Positions 16,733-25,234 of a DNA stretch of 25,436 nucleotides are shown here, one piece after another. The position numbers and the translations under genes were made by a program. Within the stretch, counting starts at the first letter, position 1, and each line of letters starts with the position of its first letter. The notes below the pieces were generated by a model. The model had not been told where the DNA came from, searched no databases, and saw only the letters and a list, made by a program, of their open reading frames with translations. This stretch comes from a virus (Duplodnaviria > Caudoviricetes): IMG/VR virus record IMGVR_UViG_3300025018_000500, positions 1 through 25,436 of that record; one strand, written 5' to 3'.

Positions 16733-17647
16733 TTACGATTCAGTGCATTCGAGAATGTAGCACTTCTTCTCGTCGGTGCGGACGACCGCGCTGCGGGCCT
16801 CGCCATAGACCTGAATGTTCAGCTTCTTGTCCCGACGCGGGCCGATGTCGCCGAAGAATTCGGTCCACACACCGCGATGCAGGCCCGAAGGCACGAAACA
16901 CGGCAGGCGGCGCGTGGTCGAAACCTTGGTCAGCGCCCCGCCCTGCGGATAGGCCCGCGCGCTGTCCGGGTTGAATTCGATGAACCGGAAGCCCATGAAC
17001 GGCTTGATTTCGCCGCGCGCCAGCGGCGTGCTGCCGCTGTAATCCATGTTCCGGTATTGCTCGATATTCATGAGGTCCGTGACCTGCTTCGGCGTGACGA
17101 GCAGGATCGGCATTTCCAGCTCGAAATCGACATCGTTCAACGCCATGCGCTCGCGCATCGTTTGCAGCTTGGTCAGCGTCAGCCCCGATGCCGCCGCCGC
17201 CACCACGTTCGCAGCAGCGAAAGGCACAGCGGTATCGCCGGTCGGACCCTGCCACGCGCTGCCGAAATAGCCCTTGAGCCATTCGTCGTCATGGACGCGC
17301 TGCGCCGCAGTAGCGACACGCTGGGCCAACGGCGAACCGAGGGAAACCTCGGTCACGGCCTGGTCGTTCTTGTCGAACATCACCGCCACATCGCGGGCCT
17401 TGCCGACCTTGATCCAGCGGGCCACGCTGTCGGGATCGGTCAGGTTGGTGTCCTCAAGACGGCCGACCTGATCGGACATCGAGATTTCGTCAAAACGGTT
17501 CTCGATGCGGTGCGACGACTGCCCCGAATAGTTCTCGGTGCTGCCGACCAGCGGGTAAAGCAGGCCGGGCCGCTGCCGCATTTCATAGGTTACGGCATTG
17601 TTGTAGCCGACATTGCGATGCTGTTCTGCAAATGCGGGATCGGGCAT
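16733..17647 (-). CDS. Major capsid protein, 304 aa
   Basis: ATG 17647 preceded by AAGGAG. HK97-fold-like motifs (AAQRVHDDEWLKG; GLTLTKLQTMRERM; VTPKQVTDLM; KPFMGFRFI; AVVRTDEKK). Follows the scaffold gene. Confidence 0.92.
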   Translation of the reverse strand: MPDPAFAEQHRNVGYNNAVTYEMRQRPGLLYPLVGSTENYSGQSSHRIENRFDEISMSDQVGRLEDTNLTDPDSVARWIKVGKARDVAVMFDKNDQAVTEVSLGSPLAQRVATAAQRVHDDEWLKGYFGSAWQGPTGDTAVPFAAANVVAAAASGLTLTKLQTMRERMALNDVDFELEMPILLVTPKQVTDLMNIEQYRNMDYSGSTPLARGEIKPFMGFRFIEFNPDSARAYPQGGALTKVSTTRRLPCFVPSGLHRGVWTEFFGDIGPRRDKKLNIQVYGEARSAVVRTDEKKCYILECTES

Positions 17648-17659
17648 GGTATTCTCCTT

Positions 17660-17848
17660 GGTCAAAAAAGCGAATGATGGGTTCGGTTCTTCGACCGGGG
17701 AGGCGGCTTGATGAAGCCGGGCCGATCTAGGCGCTATCGCGCGCCGTAAGCGTGGCTGCTTTCGCCATCAGCACCGAGGCCGGGCAAATCCCGGAGAGGC
17801 CGGTTGACCGGAGAGGGCGGTAACGGGCCGCCACTCACCCGGTCGTAG
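17660..17848 (-). ncRNA. Structured 5' leader of the capsid gene, about 190 nt
   Basis: At least five hairpins, plus a 5' segment (CGACCGGGUGAGUGGCGGC) able to pair either locally or with a distal copy near 17692-17707. Confidence 0.55.
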
Positions 17849-17851
17849 GAA

Positions 17852-17880
17852 GAAATGATACGTTTTGCGTGTCGCGTCAA
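17852..17880 (-). promoter_or_regulatory. Putative promoter for the capsid operon
   Basis: TTGACG (17880-17875), 17 bp, CATTTC (weak -10). Contains ACGC/ACGC/ACGT at a 7-bp period and lies just upstream of the structured leader. Confidence 0.5.
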
Positions 17881-17886
17881 TCCCGC

Positions 17887-18756
17887 TTAGGCGCCGCGCG
17901 CCTGAATTGCCAACAGCTGCTCGTATTTCTTGTATTCGGGCGAAGTCTTGTCGCGCAGCTTGTTCTTGCCGACATCCTCGCTGAACATGCGGTCGATTTC
18001 TGCCTGCGCCTGCGCTGCCGTCATGCTGCCCATGCGCATTTCGACCAGCGCGCCATCGACCTTGCCCAGCTCGCCCGTTGCCTCGGCAAGCCGGAAAAAT
18101 GCGCGCATCGCGGGTTCCGCGCCCTGCACCTGCTCGAGTGCCTGCACCGCGTCAAAGCCTTCGATCCCGGCGCGCGCGAACATGTTGGCGACGGCCTCGA
18201 GCCGCGTATTGTAAGCCGCTGCGCCCATTTCCAGTTCGATCGCCTTCAACCCGTCCTGATTCTTTTGGATCAGCTGGCTTGCCTGATCGGCGGCAAACTG
18301 GTTGTTGAAATCGACCACCGCCTTCGCCCATTGCGGCGGCAGGCCGATGTCGAAGAAATGGGCGCGCGCCGCTTCGGCCAAGGCCGGATCGGCACCCGGG
18401 GGCACGGTGATGTCATACTTGTCTGCCGATTCCGGGCGCAGCTTCTCGCCAAGTTCCTTGAAGCCCGCTTCATCGGTCGGGATGGGAATGCGGCCACGCG
18501 CCCAGGCGCGCGTTTCCTTGAGCCCCTTTGCCAGATCCTCGACGCTGCCATAGCGGTTGATGTCAGGATCGTTGCGCAGATCGTCAGGCATCGAATTCAG
18601 CCATTGCGGGATCGCCGGGGGCGGATCGCCCGCAGGCGCGGGGCTGGCGGCAGGAACAAGCGCAGCCGGAGCGGGAGCGGGAGCGGGCGCAACCGCAGCC
18701 ACAGCAGCAGCGGCAGGCGTGGCGGGCGCGGGCGGGGTGGGAAGCGGGTCACTCAT
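17887..18756 (-). CDS. Capsid scaffolding protein, 289 aa
   Basis: Pro/Ala-rich N-terminus, WLNSMPDDLR...YGSVEDLAKG...RPESADKY motif, helical remainder; between portal and capsid genes. Confidence 0.85.
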   Translation of the reverse strand: MSDPLPTPPAPATPAAAAVAAVAPAPAPAPAALVPAASPAPAGDPPPAIPQWLNSMPDDLRNDPDINRYGSVEDLAKGLKETRAWARGRIPIPTDEAGFKELGEKLRPESADKYDITVPPGADPALAEAARAHFFDIGLPPQWAKAVVDFNNQFAADQASQLIQKNQDGLKAIELEMGAAAYNTRLEAVANMFARAGIEGFDAVQALEQVQGAEPAMRAFFRLAEATGELGKVDGALVEMRMGSMTAAQAQAEIDRMFSEDVGKNKLRDKTSPEYKKYEQLLAIQARGA

Positions 18757-19102
18757 GGTTCGATCCTCTCATTCGCTGTTGCATCAAAAGTAAATCCTCG
18801 CTGCCCAGCGCAAGCCGGGCAAAGATGTGCAGGACAATGTGGCGCATGGCGTTGTTGCTGCGCAGTTCGGCATCGGACGCGCCAACATGGCTCGCCCCGA
18901 AATTTGCCTGCTTGGCGATGTCCCTCAACACCGCCATGCCGCTCTCGGAAAGATTGCCGTCCTCGTCGCAGAAACAGCGGCGGTAATGGTCCTGAAACCC
19001 CAGCGCGCGCGCCACGCGCTCGAATGCGCGCTGGCGCTTGGCCGCAGCATTGTTCGCCCGTGCGGCCAGCGCGCCGATTTCCATGCCAATCGGATCGTTC
19101 AC
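18749..19102 (-). CDS. Bbp19-like phage protein, 117 aa
   Basis: GTG start overlapping the portal TGA. Pattern YRRCF...GMAVLRDIAK...AMRHIVLHIFARL; position between portal and scaffold. Confidence 0.8.
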   Translation of the reverse strand: MNDPIGMEIGALAARANNAAAKRQRAFERVARALGFQDHYRRCFCDEDGNLSESGMAVLRDIAKQANFGASHVGASDAELRSNNAMRHIVLHIFARLALGSEDLLLMQQRMRGSNHE

Positions 19103-20784
19103 CGCAGCATCCCTTGCCCTTGGGTGGCGCTAAGATCCTTGGCCGCGCCCGCGATCACCGGCACCGCCTCCAGCAATTGCTGGGTCTGCGCGGCTTCCTG
19201 CTTCTGGCGGTCGAATGCGGCCTTTTCCTCGTCGGTCGCCTGCATCGCCGCAGGCACCCCGGCGATACGGCCAAGTTCCGGCAGAACCTTGCTCGGCGGG
19301 TATTCGCGCTTGAAATCTTCCGCCGCTGATTGGTCGAATTGCGCGATCAGGCCGACTTGCTGCGCCAGATTGAGATAGGCAACGCTCTTGCCCGCCTCCT
19401 GCATGTGCGACAGCGTGTTGTCGTAGCGGATGTTGAGCTGCCCCTCGGCCTCGAAATAGTCCGCGACTTCGCCGGGCATATCGTCCAGCAGGCCCGCTTC
19501 CTCCATCAGCGCCAGTTCGCGCATCGTCATGCGCGACAGCCATTCATCTTCCTGCCGCGCCAGCGGGGCCAGCAGCAGGCCCTTTTCGGCGACTTCTTCC
19601 ATCACCCGTGCCGCCGAAACGTGGCTCTTGTATTCACGATTGATCTGCAACAGGTCGCGGTAGAACACCCGGTCGATGAAGGCCCGCGCGTCCTGCATCA
19701 GCTGCACCGCCTTTGTAGGATCGGAAGCGGTGAATACAGGCTCGAACATGCGCCGCCCGTCCTCCATGCCGCCCCATGTCACGCCGTAGGGCTTGAGTTC
19801 CAGCAGCAGGTTGTCGTCGGCATCGCTCTCTGCCAACAGCGGCGGCTTCAAATCCAGTTCCGCGCTGAACGTCATGTCGAGGTCCATTTGCTGCAACTGC
19901 CGGATTTTCGGCAGCGCCTGCATGGTCGGTGATGCACCCCATGCCGATCCCGGCATACGCGCAAAGCGGCTCACCGTGCGCGGCAGGGAATTCGCGCCGC
20001 CCGTCTTGAACAGGGCTTCATCGGCCACCGAATAGAAACCGACCTGCCACGGCATTCCGGCCGCGTCGATCCGGCTCGGGTCCATCCGCAAATTGGGCTC
20101 GATCACATGCAGGAACGTGAACCGTTCGTGCTTGCGCTCGCCGTTCTTTTCGGTCGCCGCCTTGAACACCTGTTCGGCGGCGCGCAGATCATCGCCCCAT
20201 TCCTTCAACGCCGCCTCGGCGGTCATGGTCATTTGCTGGTGGAAGCGGAACGGATAGCTCTCCGCATCCACTTCGATGTAGCTGTCACCGATGAATTCGG
20301 ACTGATAGGACAGCCCGGCAAAACGGCCCGTTTGCAGCGAGCGGCGCGGCTTGACGTAGGTGCTTTGCGCGCCGAATGCGAACAGGCTCATGGCCGATTC
20401 ATGCACCGCGTTGACGAAGCCGCTCATGGGGTCGTTACGCATACGGAACAGCCGGATTTCGACGTTCTCCAGCCATTGCCGCACCTTCACCCTGCGCATC
20501 AGGCTTTCGTCGGGGATTTCCAGCTTCTGCCACCGCTGACCGCGCGGCATCACAAACCCCTCGAACGCCGAAACGCCGTCCTCCAGCGCCTGCGCCGCGT
20601 AAGGATCGTGCATGACAGCTTCGGGCGTGATCCACTGGCGGAAAGCCGCGGAACTCATGCCCCCGCTGAACAGCACGTTCTGGCGGGGAAAGACAAGTGT
20701 GGCGATTTCCGCCCACAGCGTATCGAAATTGCTGCGGTCCTTGACCATGCGCGCATGGTTGGCCTTCACATCGGTCGCGTTCAT
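19099..20784 (-). CDS. Portal / head-tail connector (T7 gp8 / Bbp21-like)
   Basis: RSNFDTLWAEIA...P; PRGQRWQKL; SLFAFG; WGASPTMQALPKIRQLQ; SAARV..EVAEK..LLAP motifs; about 561 aa. An alternative GTG start lies at 20787. Confidence 0.92.
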   Translation of the reverse strand: MNATDVKANHARMVKDRSNFDTLWAEIATLVFPRQNVLFSGGMSSAAFRQWITPEAVMHDPYAAQALEDGVSAFEGFVMPRGQRWQKLEIPDESLMRRVKVRQWLENVEIRLFRMRNDPMSGFVNAVHESAMSLFAFGAQSTYVKPRRSLQTGRFAGLSYQSEFIGDSYIEVDAESYPFRFHQQMTMTAEAALKEWGDDLRAAEQVFKAATEKNGERKHERFTFLHVIEPNLRMDPSRIDAAGMPWQVGFYSVADEALFKTGGANSLPRTVSRFARMPGSAWGASPTMQALPKIRQLQQMDLDMTFSAELDLKPPLLAESDADDNLLLELKPYGVTWGGMEDGRRMFEPVFTASDPTKAVQLMQDARAFIDRVFYRDLLQINREYKSHVSAARVMEEVAEKGLLLAPLARQEDEWLSRMTMRELALMEEAGLLDDMPGEVADYFEAEGQLNIRYDNTLSHMQEAGKSVAYLNLAQQVGLIAQFDQSAAEDFKREYPPSKVLPELGRIAGVPAAMQATDEEKAAFDRQKQEAAQTQQLLEAVPVIAGAAKDLSATQGQGMLR

Positions 20785-20813
20785 CACTTGCCTTCCCCCT
20801 TCCAGTCAGTCGG

Positions 20814-21500
20814 TCACGCTTCGGGCGCGGAAAACAGCAGCGTCCGGGTATCGAACATGGCGCGTTGCCCGCCGCCCGCGCTGACGGGCGCAAGCAGCTC
20901 GATCACGGATGCACAGCGGCCTTCGGCATCGAACAGGCCCACGCAGGCGATCTGCACGGGCGGCACATCCGCCGGCACGTCGATTGCCTGCCCCAGCACC
21001 TTGCCCGAACCGATGAAGCCGAAATCGCTATCGGCGAATTCGAGCGCGGGGAGCGCCGTCAGCGCAAGCCCGTCTTTGCCGCCGAGCATCACGATAGTCG
21101 CTTCCCCGAACAGCGCCTTGTCGGAAACCTTGAACTTGACCCGCTTGGCCTCGCGCTTCTTGGGGGGAAGCGTCACCTTCTCGGCCTTCGCCAGCTTTGC
21201 GGCCAGATCGTCGCGCTGCGCGGTCATTTCCGCCAGCTGCGCGCGCAATTCTTCGACATCCGCCGAAAGCTCGACCTTGCCTGCCTCGCCCGCTTCGGCC
21301 AGGGCGGCATTCTCGGCTTCGGCGCGGCGGTCCATTTCCGCCTTGATCGCGTCGATCACGGTAGAACGGGGCTTTTCTGCCTGCCGCTCGATCACCATCA
21401 GCGCCAGCACTTCCTCGTTTGCCATGTCGCCAATCGCCAGCGCGATTTCGTCACGGGTGCCGCCTTGGACAGCCAGCACCGACTTATTCGCATTATCCAT
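20814..21500 (-). CDS. Hypothetical protein, 228 aa (helical N-terminus, coiled coil, beta-rich C-terminus)
   Basis: GGAGTG SD; fills the gap in the operon; normal protein-like composition. Confidence 0.75.
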   Translation of the reverse strand: MDNANKSVLAVQGGTRDEIALAIGDMANEEVLALMVIERQAEKPRSTVIDAIKAEMDRRAEAENAALAEAGEAGKVELSADVEELRAQLAEMTAQRDDLAAKLAKAEKVTLPPKKREAKRVKFKVSDKALFGEATIVMLGGKDGLALTALPALEFADSDFGFIGSGKVLGQAIDVPADVPPVQIACVGLFDAEGRCASVIELLAPVSAGGGQRAMFDTRTLLFSAPEA

Positions 21501-21526
21501 GAGATTTCACTCCAGTTGCGCCGGGA

Positions 21527-21754
21527 TCAGCTGCCCAGCGTGTTTTTCATCCCTGCCGGGCGGTTTTCCGTTCCGCGCGGCCCGGTGCGCTGATTGGCCC
21601 GCGATCCGCGCCGCGCTGCCAGCGCATCCGCAGCCGCCGAATTGACCCGCTGCTGCACGGTCGGAACAGGCATCGGCGGCGGTGCCGCCTTCGGGCGCTT
21701 CTGGCTCAACAGCCCACCGATCACGCCGCCGACAAGTGTTTTGACTACGCTCAA
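21527..21754 (-). CDS. Small basic virion/assembly protein, 75 aa (gp7.3-like position)
   Basis: AGGAGG SD before a TTG start; Gly-rich N-terminus, PKAAPPPMP, RRG, C-terminal KNTLGS, typical of small pre-portal podovirus proteins. Confidence 0.7.
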   Translation of the reverse strand: MSVVKTLVGGVIGGLLSQKRPKAAPPPMPVPTVQQRVNSAAADALAARRGSRANQRTGPRGTENRPAGMKNTLGS

Positions 21755-21763
21755 AGCCGCCTC

Positions 21764-23359
21764 CTACGCACGGTCCCGATGGGCGAAATGCCCGCCGCCA
21801 AAGTCGATATTGCCGCGCCGACCGCTGCTTGCCTGCCGCACAGCACCGCGCGGCTCGCTGCCATCAGCCAGCACCCCGCGCTTGGTCATGCCCGCGACAA
21901 GGTATTGCAGCCCGTCATGGACATGCGAAAAGTCGTTCTTGTCGGGCTCGTTTTTCCAGCGCCCCATTCCGTTCGATCGCTGGGTGCGCACCAGCACATA
22001 GCCGTTGTTGAAGCCCCGCCGCAGCACCGCGCATCGCTTGGGGTCGATCAACAGGCCGGGCTTGCCGCCCGGATTGGTGGTCAGCAGCTTGCGCACCGGT
22101 TCGATCCGGTCCGGCAGACGATTGCCCTTCACAGGCGCCGCGCGCATTTTCCATCCGCGTGCCTGCGGCCCGATCCGCTCGCAGAACGCCCGCCAGAAGC
22201 GCCGCGTCCAGCTGGCGGTGTAATCATCCCCGTGCAGACCTGCCGGGTCGCTCCACGCCTGCCCGAACTGGCACTTGCCGAAATGCTCAAGCCAGTAATC
22301 GGCGCATTCAGCGCCGAACGCCTCGGCGCTGAATTTCTCCAGCACCATGTCCTCGCCCGGCGCAAACACCACGACTTCGGCCAGCACCCGCACCTGCCCG
22401 CTCGGCAGGCGTTGCCCGAACACGCAGGCAGGGGTCGAGCCGCCATCCACCGCCAAGCACACCGGAAGATCCCGCAGCGGCTCCAGCGTTGCCGCAGCGA
22501 TATGCAGCGCATCGTTGAATTCGGGATAGACGGGCTGACCGTTCCGCACCGCGCCGAACTGATTGTCCACAAAGCGCCGGATGTAGTGATCCGGCATCCC
22601 GATCATCAGCTGCTCGTAGTAACCCGCTTCGAGGTTTTTCAGGTTCTCGGCATTCGGCTCGCGCCCGCCCGGTTGGCGGTGGAACCCCACCCCGAAACGG
22701 TCGCCCAGCGCATCGCGCAAGCTGGCCTGCGCCTTCTCGTCCAGCCCGATATTCTGCTCGACGAACAGATCATAGGTCCAGTTGTCGATGTCAGGCGCGT
22801 TGAAGTCGCAAATGACCGTGCGATAGGCGCAGCCGCCATCCTTGGCAGAGGGGTATCGCCCGATACGGCCCACCCCGAAGGTCAGCACAGCGCGGTCCAG
22901 CGTGTCGGTTTCGTTCAGCCACAGCCCGGTCAATTCCAAGCCCTTGAGGACATCCTCGGCTTTTTGGTCCCCCATCGCCCGGAACATGACTTCCAGCTCG
23001 CATTTGATCGGCTGCGATCCGTCGAGCGTATGCACATCGAAGGTGATCCGGTGAATGCGCTCGTTGCCGTTCCAGTATCCCATGTCTTTCGGGAACCAGG
23101 TGAACCAGCTTTTCATCACGTTGGCTTCAAGCTGGGGGTAGGTGTCGCGCACCACGCACCACCGCGCCCGCCGCACCCCGTCGCGCGGGGAAGGGCGCTG
23201 CAACAGGCACGAACGGACCATTTTGCGGATGCTCATGGTCGTCTTGGCCGACCCGAACGGCCCCATGATCCCGGTGATGATCCGCTCGTCGTTCACATAG
23301 GCTTCCGCCACCGGACCAACCGGAGCCATCAGATCGGCGAAGGAGCGCGTTTCCTCCAT
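21764..23359 (-). CDS. terL: Terminase large subunit, 531 aa
   Basis: Walker A GPFGSAKT, VVRDTYPQL, Walker B LWLNE, coupling motif DFNAP, RNase H-like nuclease LAVDGGSTPA...FSHVHDGLQY. Confidence 0.95.
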   Translation of the reverse strand: MEETRSFADLMAPVGPVAEAYVNDERIITGIMGPFGSAKTTMSIRKMVRSCLLQRPSPRDGVRRARWCVVRDTYPQLEANVMKSWFTWFPKDMGYWNGNERIHRITFDVHTLDGSQPIKCELEVMFRAMGDQKAEDVLKGLELTGLWLNETDTLDRAVLTFGVGRIGRYPSAKDGGCAYRTVICDFNAPDIDNWTYDLFVEQNIGLDEKAQASLRDALGDRFGVGFHRQPGGREPNAENLKNLEAGYYEQLMIGMPDHYIRRFVDNQFGAVRNGQPVYPEFNDALHIAAATLEPLRDLPVCLAVDGGSTPACVFGQRLPSGQVRVLAEVVVFAPGEDMVLEKFSAEAFGAECADYWLEHFGKCQFGQAWSDPAGLHGDDYTASWTRRFWRAFCERIGPQARGWKMRAAPVKGNRLPDRIEPVRKLLTTNPGGKPGLLIDPKRCAVLRRGFNNGYVLVRTQRSNGMGRWKNEPDKNDFSHVHDGLQYLVAGMTKRGVLADGSEPRGAVRQASSGRRGNIDFGGGHFAHRDRA

Positions 23360-24021
23360 CAGCCTTCATCCTCGGCTTCGGTGAATTCGGCATCGACCAA
23401 CTGGTTATCGACCAGTCGCAATCCCGCCAGATCGGTTGCCTCGATTTCGCCCTTCGTCAGCGCCCGCCCGATGATTTCGGCGGCGCGGCGCGTGTCGGCA
23501 TCAAGCGCGTCGAACGCGCTTGCCGCGCCGCCCATGCCGGGCATCACGATCACGGCATCCACATTGCTCGTAATCTTCGCCTCGACCGGCTTTTTCGAGT
23601 GGACATACTCGGCCACCGACTTCGCCGCCGCCAGCTGGATGTTCAGAACCTTGATTGCGATGTCGCCGCGCTTGGAATCCTTACCCGGATCAGCCGCGCG
23701 GACCATTTCGCACAAGTCGAAGAACGGCATGGCATAGAGGCTTGCCATAGCCTCGACCGGATCGCCGAACTTGTGAACGATCAGCTTGGCGAGGTCGGCG
23801 CTGCGCTTGTTTTTCGAGCCTTTCGGCCTGCCGCGCCCGCGCGCATCGCCACCCGGTTGCTGCCGCACCAGCTGGAACACATTGGCAGGCAGTTTGCCCG
23901 TGTCTGGCTCGCGGAATGCGTCCAGCTGCTCCGGCTGCGCGCCGCCAAGCGGGCCGAGCCGCCCTTGGCTCTCCATTTCATCACGGATCGCGCCTTCAAG
24001 GCTGCTGGGCTCGGTTGACAT
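23359..24021 (-). CDS. terS: Terminase small subunit, about 220 aa
   Basis: Coupled to terL (TGATG). AT-hook-like RGRGRPKGSKNKRS and AKSVAEYVHSKKP motifs. Start placed at ATG 24021. Confidence 0.8.
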   Translation of the reverse strand: MSTEPSSLEGAIRDEMESQGRLGPLGGAQPEQLDAFREPDTGKLPANVFQLVRQQPGGDARGRGRPKGSKNKRSADLAKLIVHKFGDPVEAMASLYAMPFFDLCEMVRAADPGKDSKRGDIAIKVLNIQLAAAKSVAEYVHSKKPVEAKITSNVDAVIVMPGMGGAASAFDALDADTRRAAEIIGRALTKGEIEATDLAGLRLVDNQLVDAEFTEAEDEG

Positions 24022-24099
24022 CAGCCCCGCCCCGAATCTAGCCTGCTGAAACACACCCAACCGACCGGATCATGGCGCGCAGCACACCCCCGCACCCCA

Positions 24100-24600
24100 C
24101 ACAACCCGTTAAGAATCGGCGAAATTTTTTGCCGTGGGCCAGAACAGGCAAGCCCTGAACGGGCTTTTGCGCGGCCTATCCCCCGCACCCCGGACCCCAT
24201 TTGCCCGATTTCCTTGTTCCGCGCCCGAAATCGGGCTTGCTCCGCTCCGGCAAGGCGGCAAGCCGGGTGCAGGCCGGAATTTTCCAGATCCTGCCTATCG
24301 CTGGTGCGACCCGCATAGGGTGCGCGCGAACGGGCCGCAGGGGGGACCGCCCCCCCGGTCGGCTGCGCCGACCGCGCGCCCGCGCGCAGCTGGTGGGGCC
24401 TCGATCCGCGCCGCGTCTGATAACGGGCAGACAGGCGACGAGGCACCGCAAGCCCTTGGAATGCCGAGGCAATCGCAGCGCCATGCGACGGCACCCGCGC
24501 GACGGCCTCGACCGACGCTAGGCTAAGTGCCTGAAATTGCGTGAAGGGCGCGGCCTCGACGGGATCGAGCCGAGGCCGCGCCGGATCGGCAGCGCAGGCC
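24100..24600. repeat. Cluster of inverted repeats upstream of terS (possible packaging or genome-end region)
   Basis: IRs at 24203-24212 / 24227-24236 (10 bp), 24547-24558 / 24571-24582 (12 bp), 24150-24166 and 24357-24373; G6-N4-C7 run near 24340-24356; no credible ORF. Confidence 0.5.
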
Positions 24601-24805
24601 CCCGCGCCCGCAGCTGCTCGACCGCTCGCCCAGCTGGCACACCCTCCAGCCGTGGCGAATTCTCCAGGTCGACGACCCGCGCACCTGAAAATCACCCGTC
24701 GCGGCGAATATCCGCCGCCCAGAATAATCCCCGCCGAGGTCGAAGCCTGAAACATGGCCGGGAGGTTTAACGCGTGGCGCAATATCAGCGCAAGCCCGCG
24801 CCCCA

Positions 24806-25044
24806 AATGTTCCGAATGTTCCGACCCTAGAACGTGGATAGAACGGAGAAAGCCAAGCGAAAGCAAGGGACTAGGCCGAGGCGTTCCAATGTTCCACGCG
24901 CGCGCCACGCGAGCCGCGCGCGCTGCGCTCCACGCGGGAGGCTTTTGCCGAGGCCAGAACGGAACACCGGAACGCAGCGCCAACCTATTGAAAAGACACA
25001 AGCGCAAGCCCGCACCGCCCGTTATCCACTGGAACAGCCGGAAC
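24806..25044. repeat. Mirror-symmetric GTTCC/GGAAC repeat array, origin-like
   Basis: GTTCC at 24809, 24818, 24883 and 24891; GGAAC at 24961, 24969, 25031 and 25040; symmetric about 24927-24928 around a CG-alternating core. Confidence 0.75.
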
Positions 25045-25162
25045 GCTCGACGGATCGCCACGCGCACCAGCTGGGCCGCTGATATTATGCCCGCAAATCC
25101 GGGTCCGGGTTTGGGCCAAGCGATTGAGAGCGCGCGGCAATTCCCCTGAAACTGTGGGCAAG

Positions 25163-25191
25163 TTGACGCGGCCCGGTTTTAACGTTAGACG
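25163..25191 (+). promoter_or_regulatory. Putative sigma70-like promoter for the divergent gene
   Basis: TTGACG (25163-25168), 17 bp, TAGACG (25186-25191). ACGT at 25182, 25189 and 25196. AGGAGG SD downstream. Confidence 0.6.
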
Positions 25192-25234
25192 TAAAACGTC
25201 TCGCAGTTGGGACGAAGCAAAGGAGGCTTCCCGA

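Noticed and set aside
16690-16780. T7 10A/10B-style programmed frameshift at the capsid 3' end
   Set aside because: No slippery heptamer near the stop; the downstream gene has its own SD.
16080-17886. tRNA genes in the structured gaps
   Set aside because: No cloverleaf with a T-loop GTTCRA, D-arm and acceptor stem could be built.
18640-18745. GCGGGA hexamer and Pro/Ala repeats
   Set aside because: Simply encode the low-complexity scaffold N-terminus.
1536-23737. Long plus-strand ORFs (1536..2792, 3254..4639, 4646..6361, 7490..9592, 17869..19329, 20107..21645, 21779..23737 and others)
   Set aside because: Antisense shadows of real high-GC minus-strand genes; Arg/His-skewed composition and no recognisable motifs.
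547-24060. Longer N-terminal starts in the ORF track (882, 5503, 10432, 13420, 15498, 17665, 24060)
   Set aside because: Most overlap upstream genes extensively; the downstream starts generally show stop-start coupling or an SD.
24780-25050. CRISPR array interpretation of the spaced repeats
   Set aside because: The units are only 5-9 bp and switch orientation; there is no 25-45 bp repeat-spacer structure and no cas gene.
24021-25067. 348-aa minus-strand ORF and other ORFs across the upstream region
   Set aside because: Low-complexity Arg/Ala/Pro translation over repeats and inverted repeats, with no SD or domain signal; treated as non-coding.
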